Shown: positions 20,824 through 31,127, counted from the stretch's first letter. The stretch is 64,000 nt of DNA from Bacillota bacterium (GCA_023441965.1 JAEZNB010000078.1:3538-67537); one strand, 5' to 3'. Notes: generated by a model not told the origin, from the sequence alone. A program made the numbers and translations.

Positions 20824-21294
20824 TTAATACCCTTCCTTCCTGCGCTTATGGCGAAGGGTGCGGCGTTTTTTGCCCGCTTCCCATTCAGCGCGCTCGGCTT
20901 CGGTTTCCAACAGGAGGCGGGGAACCTCAGTGGGATTTCCTGCCTCATCCAGAGCTACCAGAACCAGATATGCGCGGTTGACCACCTTACGGACTCCCCG
21001 CAAATCCTCAACATAGGTATCAACCCTCACCTCCATGGAGGTCTTCCCTACATAGGTGATGCGTCCGATCAGGACCAGGGTATTATTGATATAGGCACCG
21101 GCCTTAAACTGTAGATTATCTATAGCTGCGGTGGTGACATTACAACCGGAATGACGTCTTGCTACTACTGCGGCCACCACATCAATCCATTCCACCAGTT
21201 GGCCGCCAAAAAGACGGTCCTGGCCATTGATATGGGTTGGCATCAAAATCTGCACCTGTTCTGTCAGTGAATCTGCAATCCGTTTTGCTTCCAT
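20824..21294 (-). CDS. Acyl-CoA thioesterase (hotdog fold)
   Basis: NGQDRLFGGQLVEWID, VGKTSMEV. Confidence 0.9.
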   Translation of the reverse strand: MEAKRIADSLTEQVQILMPTHINGQDRLFGGQLVEWIDVVAAVVARRHSGCNVTTAAIDNLQFKAGAYINNTLVLIGRITYVGKTSMEVRVDTYVEDLRGVRKVVNRAYLVLVALDEAGNPTEVPRLLLETEAERAEWEAGKKRRTLRHKRRKEGY

Positions 21295-21593
21295 AGCTTT
21301 TGTATCCTTTCCTTTATTCAGAATGAAATTATCTTAATATTTAGGGTATCCTAATTTTATACCTTTCCATCATAATTAGCAAGGACTTGTGTCAGGGATA
21401 ATATTACCTCAGGGGAGTGTATCAATTGGATATTTTAGAAAAAATATCTTTTCAAACAGTAATTATATGGTATAATATATGGAGCATGCTCACAGTGGAC
21501 CCTTATGGTAACCTTTCCCTCACAATCCTCAACGGAAGAAAGTACTGGTCTGACTGTCATGAATATTTAACGAAACGAAAGGAATGATAAGAG

Positions 21594-22532
21594 ATGGCAT
21601 TAGTAACAACAAAAGAAATGTTTCAGAAGGCATATGCCGGCGGCTATGCAATCGGTGCTTTTAATGTGAACAACATGGAAATCGTTCAGGGTATCACAGA
21701 AGCAGCGAAGGAAGAAAACGCTCCCGTTATCTTACAGGTATCCGCAGGTGCAAGAAAGTATGCTAAGCATAATTATCTCGTGAAATTAGTTGAAGCTGCT
21801 CTGTTAGAGACCGATCTTCCGATTGCACTTCACCTGGATCATGGCGAGGATTTTGAAATCTGTAAATCCTGTATCGATGGTGGTTTCACCTCTGTTATGA
21901 TCGACGGCTCCAAGCACAGCTTTGAAGATAATATCGCATTAACCAAGAAGGTTGTTGAATACGCCCACGCTCATGGTTGTGTGGTAGAGGGTGAGTTAGG
22001 TAAATTAGCTGGTATCGAGGATGATGTAAACGTATCTGATGCAGATGCCTCCTTTACCAGACCTGAAGAGGTAGAAGAGTTCGTAAGCCGTACCGGTGTT
22101 GACTCCCTTGCAATCGCAATCGGAACCAGCCATGGTGCCTTCAAGTTCAAGCCCGGCCAGAAGCCACAGCTGCGTTTTGATATTCTGGAAGAGGTAGGCA
22201 GAAGACTGCCGAACTTCCCGATCGTATTACATGGTGCATCCTCCGTATCTCAGGAATATGTAGAGATCATCCGCAATAACGGCGGTAAGTTAGACGATGC
22301 CATCGGTATTCCCGAGGATATGTTAAGACAGGCAGCGAAGATGGCTGTATGTAAGATCAATATCGATTCCGATTTAAGACTTGCTTTCACCGCAGGTGTA
22401 AGACAGCACATCATGAACAATCCGAGCCACTTCGATCCCAGACAGTTCCTGTCTCCGGGCAGAGACTTCGTAAAGGCTCTTGTAAAGCATAAGATCACCG
22501 AAGTACTTGGCTGCTCAGGCGCTGCGAAGTAA
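21594..22532 (+). CDS. fba: Class II fructose-1,6-bisphosphate aldolase
   Basis: GAFNVNN, LHLDHG, GTSHGAFK, VLHGASS, KINIDSD. Confidence 0.96.
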   Translation: MALVTTKEMFQKAYAGGYAIGAFNVNNMEIVQGITEAAKEENAPVILQVSAGARKYAKHNYLVKLVEAALLETDLPIALHLDHGEDFEICKSCIDGGFTSVMIDGSKHSFEDNIALTKKVVEYAHAHGCVVEGELGKLAGIEDDVNVSDADASFTRPEEVEEFVSRTGVDSLAIAIGTSHGAFKFKPGQKPQLRFDILEEVGRRLPNFPIVLHGASSVSQEYVEIIRNNGGKLDDAIGIPEDMLRQAAKMAVCKINIDSDLRLAFTAGVRQHIMNNPSHFDPRQFLSPGRDFVKALVKHKITEVLGCSGAAK

Positions 22533-22602
22533 GAACGATAACTTCCTTTAAGAAGAATATTCGAACAGAACCAGAAAAACTTATAGCAAAAAATAAAGAG
22601 TA

Positions 22603-22642
22603 ACCGGGGTAGTATCAAAGCAAGATACCACCCCGGTCTTTT
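22603..22642 (+). terminator. Intrinsic terminator after fba
   Basis: ACCGGGGTAGTATC...GATACCACCCCGGT then CTTTT. Confidence 0.75.
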
Positions 22643-22666
22643 CATATCCACATCAACTCCTCTAAC

Positions 22667-22853
22667 GATTGTCATCAAACCACAGAGCAACAGAATATAT
22701 GATTGTCATCAAACTACAGAGCAACAGAATATATGCTTGTCATCAAACTACAGAGCAACAGAATATATAATTGTCATCAAACCGCAGAGCAACAGAATAT
22801 ATGCTTGTCATCAAACCACAGAGAATAGAACTATATGATTGGCATAAACCGCA
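22667..22853. repeat. 34-bp head-to-tail tandem repeat, 5 full copies plus 1 degenerate partial copy
   Basis: Unit GATTGTCATCAAACCACAGAGCAACAGAATATAT starting at 22667, 22701, 22735, 22769, 22803 and (partial) 22837; no spacers. Confidence 0.95.
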
Positions 22854-23033
22854 ATGGAGTAAAGTCAGATAAATTAAGATCATGGAAAAAGGAATACTAA
22901 GATTGGCTAGAAACGGCAATGTAAGTTGAATGGTAGATAATAAGAAAATACGAAAATGAGAATAAATAATAACAAATAATAAAGCTATGTGCACTTATGT
23001 AAATAAGAATAATAATGATTTGATGAAGTAGAA

Positions 23034-23281
23034 GCGGCGCCCTTGTAAACCAGAGTGTTTATCACACAGAACACGTACAGAGGATAGCGTGTGAGTAATT
23101 GTCCGCAAGGGGACCGTTTGCCGCCCTCGGTACTTAGGTAGTGGCAGATTTTTTCTGCCACTGCCTTATGTACCGTTAGGTGCGGCGACCGAGCGAGAGC
23201 GTGTCCCCGGTGGACCATTACTCCCACGTTATCCTTATAAACCTGGAATGTGATAAACATCAATAAACTTAAGGGTGCCGC
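23034..23281 (+). ncRNA. 248-nt rod-shaped structured RNA candidate of unknown family
   Basis: Nine nested helices spanning the whole element; several G-U pairs work only on the + strand. Confidence 0.7.
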
Positions 23282-23295
23282 CCACACCTTAATCG

Positions 23296-25764
23296 TCACA
23301 CCTTCCGTATCAGATCCACAAGGTCCGGCGGGTGCAAGGGCGGACTGAAGATGAAGCCCTGGATGATATCGCAATGCTTGTCCATCAACAGCCTGAGCTG
23401 GTCCTCATGTTCCACTCCTTCCGCCACTACCTTGATGTTCAGGCTATGGGCCAGCTGAATGATGGATTCCGCTATGCTGGTATCCTTCTCGCTGGTACAG
23501 ATATTATCAATAAAGGACTTATCAATCTTCAGGGTATTGATCGGCATCTTCGTCAGGTAGTTCAGGGAGGAATATCCGGTCCCGAAATCATCCAGGGAGA
23601 TGCTTACTCCGATTTCCTGCAGGGAGGTGAGCAGGGCAGTTGCATCCATGATGGAGGCAACCAGGGTGCTTTCCGTGATCTCCAGCTCAAGATACTTGGG
23701 AGGAAGTCCTGTTTCCGCCAGTATCTCGGACAGCATCGCTGTAAAGCCTGGCCGGTTAATCTGTACGGAAGAGATGTTGACGGATACGGGACGGGGTGAG
23801 ATGCCCATATCAATCAATGACTTGTTAAAACGGCAGGCTTCCTTCAGCAGCCAGGAGCTAAGCTCGATGATCAGTCCGCTCTCCTCTGCAATCGGGATGA
23901 ATTCCTCAGGGGTCAGAGGACCGAGGCGGTCGCTCCGTATTCTCATCAGAGCCTCAAAGCTAATGACTGACCTGGTGTTGATCTCAAATAAGGGCTGATA
24001 CTGGATGTAGATTTCTCTGTTATCGATGGCATTTCTCAGCACTTCAATGATCAGCGTATTCCGGTTTAACTCATCCTCCATCCTGGCATCAAACATGGTG
24101 AATTTGTTCTTGCCGGTATCCTTTGATTTATACATGGCAATATCCGCATTTTTGATTAAGGAATTGGGTGTCAGGCCGTTCTGTGGATAAACGGCGATTC
24201 CGATGCTCATGGACACATAAATGACTTCCCCGTTCAGCTCCAACGGATAGCGGAAGCAGTCTATGATGATAGCGGCAAATTCCACTGCTTCCTCCTGGGA
24301 CCTGATGCCTTCCTTAAAGATCAGGAACTCATCTCCGCCTGCTCTGGCCAGCATATCGTTCCCGCCTATGACGGAGCTAAGGATCTGTGCGGTCTTCATC
24401 AGCAGGGAATCCCCATATTCATGGCCAAGGGTATCATTCACTGTTTTGAAATTATCCAGGTCCACGAAATAGACAGCATGGGACTTCTTCTCGGAAGGGG
24501 ATGCGACCAGAGATGCATTGACATAATCCAAAAATGCCAGCTTGTTCGGAAGATTCGTTAAGGTATCATGATAAGCCAGATACTCAATATGGTCGTAGTT
24601 TGTACGAAGCTGCTCCTCATTGGACAGCAGCTCCTCATGCATGGAGGCAAGATCCTCGTAATTGGTCTTTATGATATGGAGCATCTTATTGAAATTCTTG
24701 GAAAGCTCACCAAGCTCATTTTTACTTTTGATGTTGGACTGAACATTCAGGTCACCGTCCGAGGCTTTTCTCATGGCATCCCTTAGGGCGATAAGCGGTG
24801 CTGTTATCTTCTTACTTAGAAAATGGGCAAAGAGAATGATAATAAACAATAGGGCAACACAGAGAAAGACCAGTAGGGAGAGAATGATACTGGTGACGGA
24901 TAAGAGCTCCGATACATTTTGCTTTACGACCAATACCCAGTTGAACTCGGGAATGATCTCATAGCCATTGGCCAGCTCTATGTCACCATAATAACATTCA
25001 AAGGTTCCGCTCAGTGGAATCAAACCCTTGTTATAATTTTTTACTAGATCAGCCATACGTTCAATCGATATCGGATTACCGACCAAGGTCTGATCTGCAT
25101 GATAAAGAACGGTTCCCTCCTGATCCAAAAGAATTCCCCCACCGGTCTTGCCGACCGTGATGGACCCCATAAAGTCATGGAAATAGGAGAGATTTAAGGT
25201 ACTTACGATATAGCCGATGGGTTCTCCCGAGGACAAGCCGTCTTCATATACCCGACATCCGATTTCTATGGTATGCTGAAGGGAATTTCCCATAAGAAAA
25301 TCATTCACCCCGCTGACTCCTACCGCTATTTTCTGAGTGGCAGACAAATAAGACAGAGTAAGGCTGTCTTTGTTGCTTCTGCCGACATTAGCGGTATCCG
25401 AACAGGCGATGATTCTTCGGTTTGCATCATAGAAGGTAATCTTTTCGCAGGAGTTATAGTTCTCCTTACGAATCTTCAGAAACTGATTTATCGTATCTGA
25501 GCTGACCGGCTTCTCGGAGCTGTTGGACCTTAGGGCAAGCTCCTGCAGTTCATCCTGAAGAGAGAGCAATGACAATTCTGTCTTCTGGGTTCCGATCAGA
25601 GCCTCTAATCCGCTGCGATGAGCTTCTGCCATCGTTTTCAGATTATCAGTCTGAACCGCAACCAATCTGCGGTTGATCAGACCCTGAACAATGATGGACA
25701 TGATTACAACAGGCAATATGGAAAATATAATCAAAAGAATTCGCAAGGATTTCTTGATTGACAT
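23296..25764 (-). CDS. Membrane c-di-GMP enzyme: Cache-HAMP-GGDEF-EAL
   Basis: Two TM segments, HAMP, YHDTLTNLPN, ARAGGDEF, EALMR, LDDFGTGYSSL. Confidence 0.93.
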   Translation of the reverse strand: MSIKKSLRILLIIFSILPVVIMSIIVQGLINRRLVAVQTDNLKTMAEAHRSGLEALIGTQKTELSLLSLQDELQELALRSNSSEKPVSSDTINQFLKIRKENYNSCEKITFYDANRRIIACSDTANVGRSNKDSLTLSYLSATQKIAVGVSGVNDFLMGNSLQHTIEIGCRVYEDGLSSGEPIGYIVSTLNLSYFHDFMGSITVGKTGGGILLDQEGTVLYHADQTLVGNPISIERMADLVKNYNKGLIPLSGTFECYYGDIELANGYEIIPEFNWVLVVKQNVSELLSVTSIILSLLVFLCVALLFIIILFAHFLSKKITAPLIALRDAMRKASDGDLNVQSNIKSKNELGELSKNFNKMLHIIKTNYEDLASMHEELLSNEEQLRTNYDHIEYLAYHDTLTNLPNKLAFLDYVNASLVASPSEKKSHAVYFVDLDNFKTVNDTLGHEYGDSLLMKTAQILSSVIGGNDMLARAGGDEFLIFKEGIRSQEEAVEFAAIIIDCFRYPLELNGEVIYVSMSIGIAVYPQNGLTPNSLIKNADIAMYKSKDTGKNKFTMFDARMEDELNRNTLIIEVLRNAIDNREIYIQYQPLFEINTRSVISFEALMRIRSDRLGPLTPEEFIPIAEESGLIIELSSWLLKEACRFNKSLIDMGISPRPVSVNISSVQINRPGFTAMLSEILAETGLPPKYLELEITESTLVASIMDATALLTSLQEIGVSISLDDFGTGYSSLNYLTKMPINTLKIDKSFIDNICTSEKDTSIAESIIQLAHSLNIKVVAEGVEHEDQLRLLMDKHCDIIQGFIFSPPLHPPDLVDLIRKV

Positions 25765-26060
25765 GAACCTTGACCTCCGTGCATGCAATAGCGTAGGATT
25801 CCATTTATGTCTATTCTATCAAGTACGACATAATAATGCAATGAATTTCTATAATAAGGGAATAAATGCGGGTCCAAAACCCCTGGGCGGTCACCTGCGG
25901 AGCAATGTTAAGCCGGGAGAATCACTTTATAGATTTTTTAGTTGAAAATATAGGATATTAAGGTTATACTTGTAATGTTATTAATTCGGACATTCGGTAA
26001 TAATATACAGCAAAAAGCATGTCAGGAATTAAGAGGCGAAGAAGGAAAGCAGGCAGAGTG

Positions 26061-27194
26061 ATGTACAGATTAATTACACGGGATGGGAGCGCAAAAAGCG
26101 GTGAATTTGTGACCGTCCATGGAACGATACAGACCCCGGTTTTTATGAATGTCGGTACTGTGGCAGCTATCAAGGGCGCGGTCTCCACTATGGATCTGAA
26201 GGAGATCGGAACGCAGGTTCAGCTGTCCAATACCTATCATCTTCATGTCAGACCCGGTGACAAGGTGGTCAGGCAGATGGGAGGCCTTCATAAATTCATG
26301 GTGTGGGATAAGCCGATTCTGACTGACTCCGGCGGCTTCCAAGTGTTTTCCCTGTCCGGTCTTCGAAAGATCAAGGAAGAGGGAGTATATTTTAACTCCC
26401 ATATCGACGGGCGAAAGATTTTCATGGGACCTGAGGAAAGCATGCAGATCCAGTCCAATCTGGCTTCCACGATTGCGATGGCCTTCGATGAATGTCCCCC
26501 TCATCCTGCTACCAGGGAATATATGCAGGCATCCGTAGATCGGACCACCCGCTGGCTGCTGCGCTGCCAGACGGAGATGAAGCGGCTGAACAGCCTGGAG
26601 GAGACCATCAACAAACATCAGCTCCTGTTCGGAATCAACCAGGGTGGTACCTTTGAGGATATCCGGATCGAACATGCGAAGAGAATCACAGAGCTTGATC
26701 TGGACGGCTATGCTCTGGGTGGTTTGGCTGTCGGTGAGAGCCATAGTGAGATGTATCGGATCATCGAAGAAACAGTCCCCTATCTGCCCCTTGAAAAACC
26801 GGTATATCTGATGGGAGTCGGAACTCCGGCGAATATTCTGGAGGCTGTGGACCGTGGAGTGGATTTCTTTGACTGTGTATATCCGTCCAGAAACGGAAGA
26901 CATGGACATGCTTATACCAACGAAGGCAAGAAAAATCTATTGAATGCGAAGTATGAGCTGGACGATCGGCCAATTGAAGAGGGCTGTGGCTGTCCGACCT
27001 GCGCCCATTACAGCAGAGCCTATATCAGACACCTCCTGAAGGCGAAGGAGATGTTGGGTATGAGGCTGCTGGTACTCCACAACCTATATTTCTACAACCA
27101 TATGATGGAGGAAATCAGAGAGGCGATCCGGGGGAAACGTTATCAGGAGTATAAGAAAAACAAGCTTGAAGGCTTTTTAAAGAGTGATGATTAA
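26061..27194 (+). CDS. tgt: tRNA-guanine transglycosylase
   Basis: TPVFMNVGT, TDSGGFQVFSL, CGCPTC Zn site; upstream of yajC. Confidence 0.96.
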   Translation: MYRLITRDGSAKSGEFVTVHGTIQTPVFMNVGTVAAIKGAVSTMDLKEIGTQVQLSNTYHLHVRPGDKVVRQMGGLHKFMVWDKPILTDSGGFQVFSLSGLRKIKEEGVYFNSHIDGRKIFMGPEESMQIQSNLASTIAMAFDECPPHPATREYMQASVDRTTRWLLRCQTEMKRLNSLEETINKHQLLFGINQGGTFEDIRIEHAKRITELDLDGYALGGLAVGESHSEMYRIIEETVPYLPLEKPVYLMGVGTPANILEAVDRGVDFFDCVYPSRNGRHGHAYTNEGKKNLLNAKYELDDRPIEEGCGCPTCAHYSRAYIRHLLKAKEMLGMRLLVLHNLYFYNHMMEEIREAIRGKRYQEYKKNKLEGFLKSDD

Positions 27195-27215
27195 TCAAGA
27201 TCAGGAGGTTATGTT

Positions 27216-27563
27216 ATGAATTATTTAACGCTTTTAGCAGGAGATGGTGCGGCAGCAGGCACCAATACGCAAGCAGGTGGTGGCTGGATGATCATTATCA
27301 TCCAGGTTGGTATTTTAGGACTTTTACTGTACTTTATGCTGATCCGTCCACAGAAGAAACAACAGAGACAGATGCAGGCCATGCTGTCCACAGTAGCAGC
27401 AGGGGATTCTGTTCTGACCTCAAGCGGCTTTTATGGAGTAGTGATCGATGTTATGGAAGAGATCGTTATCGTTGAGTTCGGCAATAACAAGAACTGCCGC
27501 ATCCCGATGAAGAAGAACGCTATCGTAGAGATCGAGAAACCGAATACAGAGAAAAACGCTTAA
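27216..27563 (+). CDS. yajC: Preprotein translocase subunit YajC
   Basis: YFMLIRPQKKQQ, GDSVLTSSGFYG; tgt-yajC synteny. Confidence 0.93.
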   Translation: MNYLTLLAGDGAAAGTNTQAGGGWMIIIIQVGILGLLLYFMLIRPQKKQQRQMQAMLSTVAAGDSVLTSSGFYGVVIDVMEEIVIVEFGNNKNCRIPMKKNAIVEIEKPNTEKNA

Positions 27564-27569
27564 GGAAAA

Positions 27570-27620
27570 TGGACTGCCACACGGAAGGGTGAATCCCCAC
27601 GGTTGGCAGTCCTTTCTTAT
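27570..27620. terminator. Hairpin after yajC
   Basis: GGACTGCCA...TGGCAGTCC then TTTCTT. Confidence 0.6.
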
Positions 27621-27714
27621 TTATAGTGGGTACAGAAGACTGTTTCATCATGACCAAAAGGCCTCCTGTAGCTATGACGAGAGAAAGCAGTTCCCTGTCA
27701 GATCGTATAATCAG

Positions 27715-29565
27715 CTAGACCAGCTCTATATGATATTTTTCCAGCCAGTAATTGATCTGCAGCAGATAAGCGATCAGCTGCGGTCCTGCCATAAGCTGTC
27801 CGTACCAGGGCTTACCGTAGTCGGAGGGGGCAGAAAGGAAGGTCGTGACCTTGCCGATATCAATGAGAGGACGGATCGGAGCATTGGGATTGTGAAGCAC
27901 CTCCAGCAGGCGCCTGCCAAGCAGCTCTTCATATTCAGGATGATAGGTTTTCGGATAAGGACTTTTTTTACGGTAGAGGATCTCCTCCGGGATCAAGCCC
28001 CGACCGGCATCTCTTAACAAGCCCTTTACCACGCCATTGGGCGACTTCATTTCCCAGGGAACATTCCATAGGTACTCTATGATCCGGTGGTCTGCGAAGG
28101 GGACTCTTGCCTCCAGACCGGAATGCATGCTGCAGCGGTCCATCCGATCAAGCAGTGTAATCATAAACCACTTCAAATTCAAATAGGAAATTTCCCTGCG
28201 ACGGCTTTCGGTAGGACCTTCCCCGGCCAGCTTTGGGGTTTCCTCTATGGATTTCAGGTAGGCGGCATGAGCATAGCCGTCCAGATCGGCCTTGGACAGA
28301 AGATCCTCGGACAGGAGCAGCTTTCTCATGTCCATGTTTATGGACCAGGGGAAAGTGTCTCTGTTTATGAATTCGGTCCGATGGAACCAAGGGTAGCCTC
28401 CGAAAATTTCGTCCGCACACTCCCCTGTCAGAGCGACCTTCGTCTTCTCGGCCACCCTGCTGCAGAAATAGAGCAGGGAGGATTCTACATCAGCCATACA
28501 GGGCAGGTCTCTGGCATCCACTGCTTCATACAGCTTATCAGCCAGATCGTCATTATTGCATTCCAGATAGGTATGCTGACTGCCGACATACTCTACCATG
28601 ATATCTACATAGGGCCGGTCCCTGGAGGGCTGAAAGGAGTTTGACCTAAAGTGTCTGTCGTTATCGGTAAAGTCAAAGGAGTAGGTTGTAAGCTGCTTGC
28701 CGTGGTTTCGCAGCTCCTTGGCACAGATGGCAGTCACCAGACTGGAATCTACCCCTCCCGACAGGAAGGTACAGATGGGGATATCGGATATCATCTGCCG
28801 CTTTACCGAATCATATAGCAGGAAGGAGGTCTTCTCCACTGTCTCCTCATACGTATCCCTATGGGGCTCGCTGACCAGGCTCCAGTAGGGATATTCCCTT
28901 CTTCCTCCCCCGTCATAAAGCATGTAATGACCGGGAAGCAGCTCCTTAACATCCTTGAAGACACCGGTCCCACTGCTTTTGGCCGGACCCAGGGCCAGCA
29001 CCTCACATAAGCCGGCGGTATCCACTCTGGGCTGAAAGCCCGGATAGGAAAACAGGGCTTTGATTTCGGAGCCAAATACCAGAGTATCTCCCAACATTGT
29101 ATAAAAGAGAGGCTTTACCCCCAACCTGTCGCGAGCCAGGAGCAGCCGTCTCTGATAATCGTCCCAGATGGCAAAGGAAAAGATACCGTTCAGTTCCCTG
29201 ATAAAATCTGTACCAAGTGCCATATAGCCGGTAAGGATTACCTCGGTGTCCGTATGAGTCTGAAAGTGATAGCCCATGCGGATCAGATGATCCCGAAGCT
29301 CAACCGTATTATAAAGCTCTCCGTTATAGATGATTGTATAGGAGCAGCCGGATTGAATTTTCGTCATTGGCTGATGTCCGCGATTTAGATCTATAATTGA
29401 AAGTCTGGTGTGGGCAAATCCGACCTGTGGGCACAGATAATCCCCCTTATCATCAGGACCTCTGTGGGAAAGGGCCTGCTTCATTCCGTCCAAAATCTCA
29501 TGCCATTTACCAGGCTCCTTCGTATAATCAGCCGCAGGGCAGCTGAAACCGGCTATGCCACACAT
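27715..29565 (-). CDS. asnB: Glutamine-hydrolysing asparagine synthetase (AsnO-like)
   Basis: N-terminal MCGIAG, HRGPD, YNGELYN, LSGGVDSS, GECADEIFGGY, RKKSPYP. Confidence 0.94.
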   Translation of the reverse strand: MCGIAGFSCPAADYTKEPGKWHEILDGMKQALSHRGPDDKGDYLCPQVGFAHTRLSIIDLNRGHQPMTKIQSGCSYTIIYNGELYNTVELRDHLIRMGYHFQTHTDTEVILTGYMALGTDFIRELNGIFSFAIWDDYQRRLLLARDRLGVKPLFYTMLGDTLVFGSEIKALFSYPGFQPRVDTAGLCEVLALGPAKSSGTGVFKDVKELLPGHYMLYDGGGRREYPYWSLVSEPHRDTYEETVEKTSFLLYDSVKRQMISDIPICTFLSGGVDSSLVTAICAKELRNHGKQLTTYSFDFTDNDRHFRSNSFQPSRDRPYVDIMVEYVGSQHTYLECNNDDLADKLYEAVDARDLPCMADVESSLLYFCSRVAEKTKVALTGECADEIFGGYPWFHRTEFINRDTFPWSINMDMRKLLLSEDLLSKADLDGYAHAAYLKSIEETPKLAGEGPTESRRREISYLNLKWFMITLLDRMDRCSMHSGLEARVPFADHRIIEYLWNVPWEMKSPNGVVKGLLRDAGRGLIPEEILYRKKSPYPKTYHPEYEELLGRRLLEVLHNPNAPIRPLIDIGKVTTFLSAPSDYGKPWYGQLMAGPQLIAYLLQINYWLEKYHIELV

Positions 29566-29630
29566 AGAACCACCTCTCGCAATGATTGTAATTTAGAAGA
29601 GTGGCTGCAGAGAGCCACTGGTTTCAATAC

Positions 29631-30218
29631 TTATTTCGGGCCCAGGATGACGGGCTGAAGCTGCCGTCCCTGTAAGGCCTCCAGGATTGTGGGATAAATC
29701 AGATCAAAATGGGCAACCATAGAATAAGGCTTTGTCTTACATTGATCCTGCCCATAAGGAACAAAAAAGATATTTCTGGTATTCATCAATAAACCTATGT
29801 TTTTCATATTAGCGCCTAGGGCATCATTGGTGGAGATGGCCAGAACCACCGGTTTTTTATTCCTTAGATGGCCTTTCGCTGCCATAAGAACGGGAGAATC
29901 GGTAATACCGTTCGCAAGCTTAGCCAGGGTATTACCGGTACAGGGGGCTATAATAAGGAGATCGAGCAGATTGGCCGGTCCGAAGGCTTCAGCCTCGATG
30001 ATAGAAGTAACCGGAGGGTTACCTGATATGTTTTCCGCTCGGGCGATCCAGTCCTTAGCTTTACCAAATCTGGTGTCAAAGCTGGCGGAGGGGATGGAGA
30101 AGATGGGGAAGAGATTGGCTCCTTCCGCAGCCAGCTTCTCCAGTTCGGTAAATACTCTATCAAAAGTACAAAATGATCCGGTCAGGGCAAAGGCCACATT
30201 TTTTTCGCTTAGGGTCAT
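29631..30218 (-). CDS. spoVFB: Dipicolinate synthase subunit B
   Basis: ALTGSFCT, APCTGNTLAKLANGITD, STNDALG. Confidence 0.94.
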   Translation of the reverse strand: MTLSEKNVAFALTGSFCTFDRVFTELEKLAAEGANLFPIFSIPSASFDTRFGKAKDWIARAENISGNPPVTSIIEAEAFGPANLLDLLIIAPCTGNTLAKLANGITDSPVLMAAKGHLRNKKPVVLAISTNDALGANMKNIGLLMNTRNIFFVPYGQDQCKTKPYSMVAHFDLIYPTILEALQGRQLQPVILGPK

Positions 30219-31127
30219 TCAATCACTTCTTTCTTTTAGGAATGCAATGATTTCTGTAACCAGAATATCGGAAGAAGTCCTGGGTGCTATTTTGCCCGGG
30301 AGTCCCAGGCATAGCTTTGCTTTCAGCTTCATAGAAGCGGCATAGTTGAAATCAACTCCTCCCGGTGAGGAGGAGATATCTATGATAACGGCCTGGGGAT
30401 GAATGAGGCATAAGCTATTCTGATCCAGAATCAAAGAGGGAATGGTATTAAATATATAATGGAAGGAGGGGAGAATACTGGTCATGGCAGAGATGGGAAT
30501 CCCGTTCAATCCTGCAGCGGTTGCATAGGCAAGGGCATCCCTGCTTCTTGCAGCAACCGTAACATGTGCATCCAGTGCCTTCAGCTTCTGTGCGAGTACC
30601 TTGGCGCAGCGGCCGTAGCCCAATACCAGACAGCAGCTGCCATGGAGGTTCCGGTCGCTCTCCCGGATGGCTTCCATAAGAGCCCCTTCTGCTGTGGCAA
30701 TGGCATTCAGAATGGTTATTTTCTCATCCTGCATGAAGTCATAGCACGGAATATGCTTCGAGCTGCAGCGATCTGCCAGTGGGGCGGGAATGGCACCCCC
30801 GATCAACAGCTGGTTTTCTCTCAGCAGATATGCAACATGGGCGATCGTAAGATCTGCAGGGGTATGCACAGAGCAGATGTTGACCTGGTCCCTTGTCATG
30901 GGAATCGGACCGATCAGAACCTTACAGAGCTCAAACAGCTCACTAAGGGTGTGGGCGGGATAGAGATTTTGCAGGGTGACTCCGTTGTTATGATGGTCCA
31001 CGTAGCTGCCAACCTCCTCTGACAGGCTGTAGGTAGCAACACGGTATCCCTTGGACAGTAAGGAAGCCGCCATATATACCTGCCTTAAATCTCCGCCGAA
31101 TATACCGATATCATAATGAGTGGACAT
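30219..31127 (-). CDS. spoVFA: Dipicolinate synthase subunit A
   Basis: GGDLRQ, NAIATAEG, PGGVDF, GLPGKIAP; adjacent to spoVFB. Confidence 0.92.
   Translation of the reverse strand: MSTHYDIGIFGGDLRQVYMAASLLSKGYRVATYSLSEEVGSYVDHHNNGVTLQNLYPAHTLSELFELCKVLIGPIPMTRDQVNICSVHTPADLTIAHVAYLLRENQLLIGGAIPAPLADRCSSKHIPCYDFMQDEKITILNAIATAEGALMEAIRESDRNLHGSCCLVLGYGRCAKVLAQKLKALDAHVTVAARSRDALAYATAAGLNGIPISAMTSILPSFHYIFNTIPSLILDQNSLCLIHPQAVIIDISSSPGGVDFNYAASMKLKAKLCLGLPGKIAPRTSSDILVTEIIAFLKERSD

Noticed and set aside
22667..22853. CRISPR array
   Set aside because: Units are head-to-tail with no unique spacers, and there are no cas genes in the window
23034..23281. SRP RNA, tmRNA, RNase P or a simple terminator
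   Set aside because: No SRP domain IV (CAGG..GGAA..AGCAG), tRNA-like ends or P4 motif; far too long for a terminator and lacks a U-tract
22743..23374. Minus-strand ORFs 22743-22994 and 22985-23374
   Set aside because: They run through the repeat and the hairpin, have no recognisable motifs, and one overlaps the EAL gene
25790..26060. c-di-GMP or preQ1 riboswitch between the GGDEF-EAL gene and tgt
   Set aside because: Short GC-rich patch, but no GEMM (GCAAA...GAAA...GACGCAAAG) or preQ1 signature could be matched
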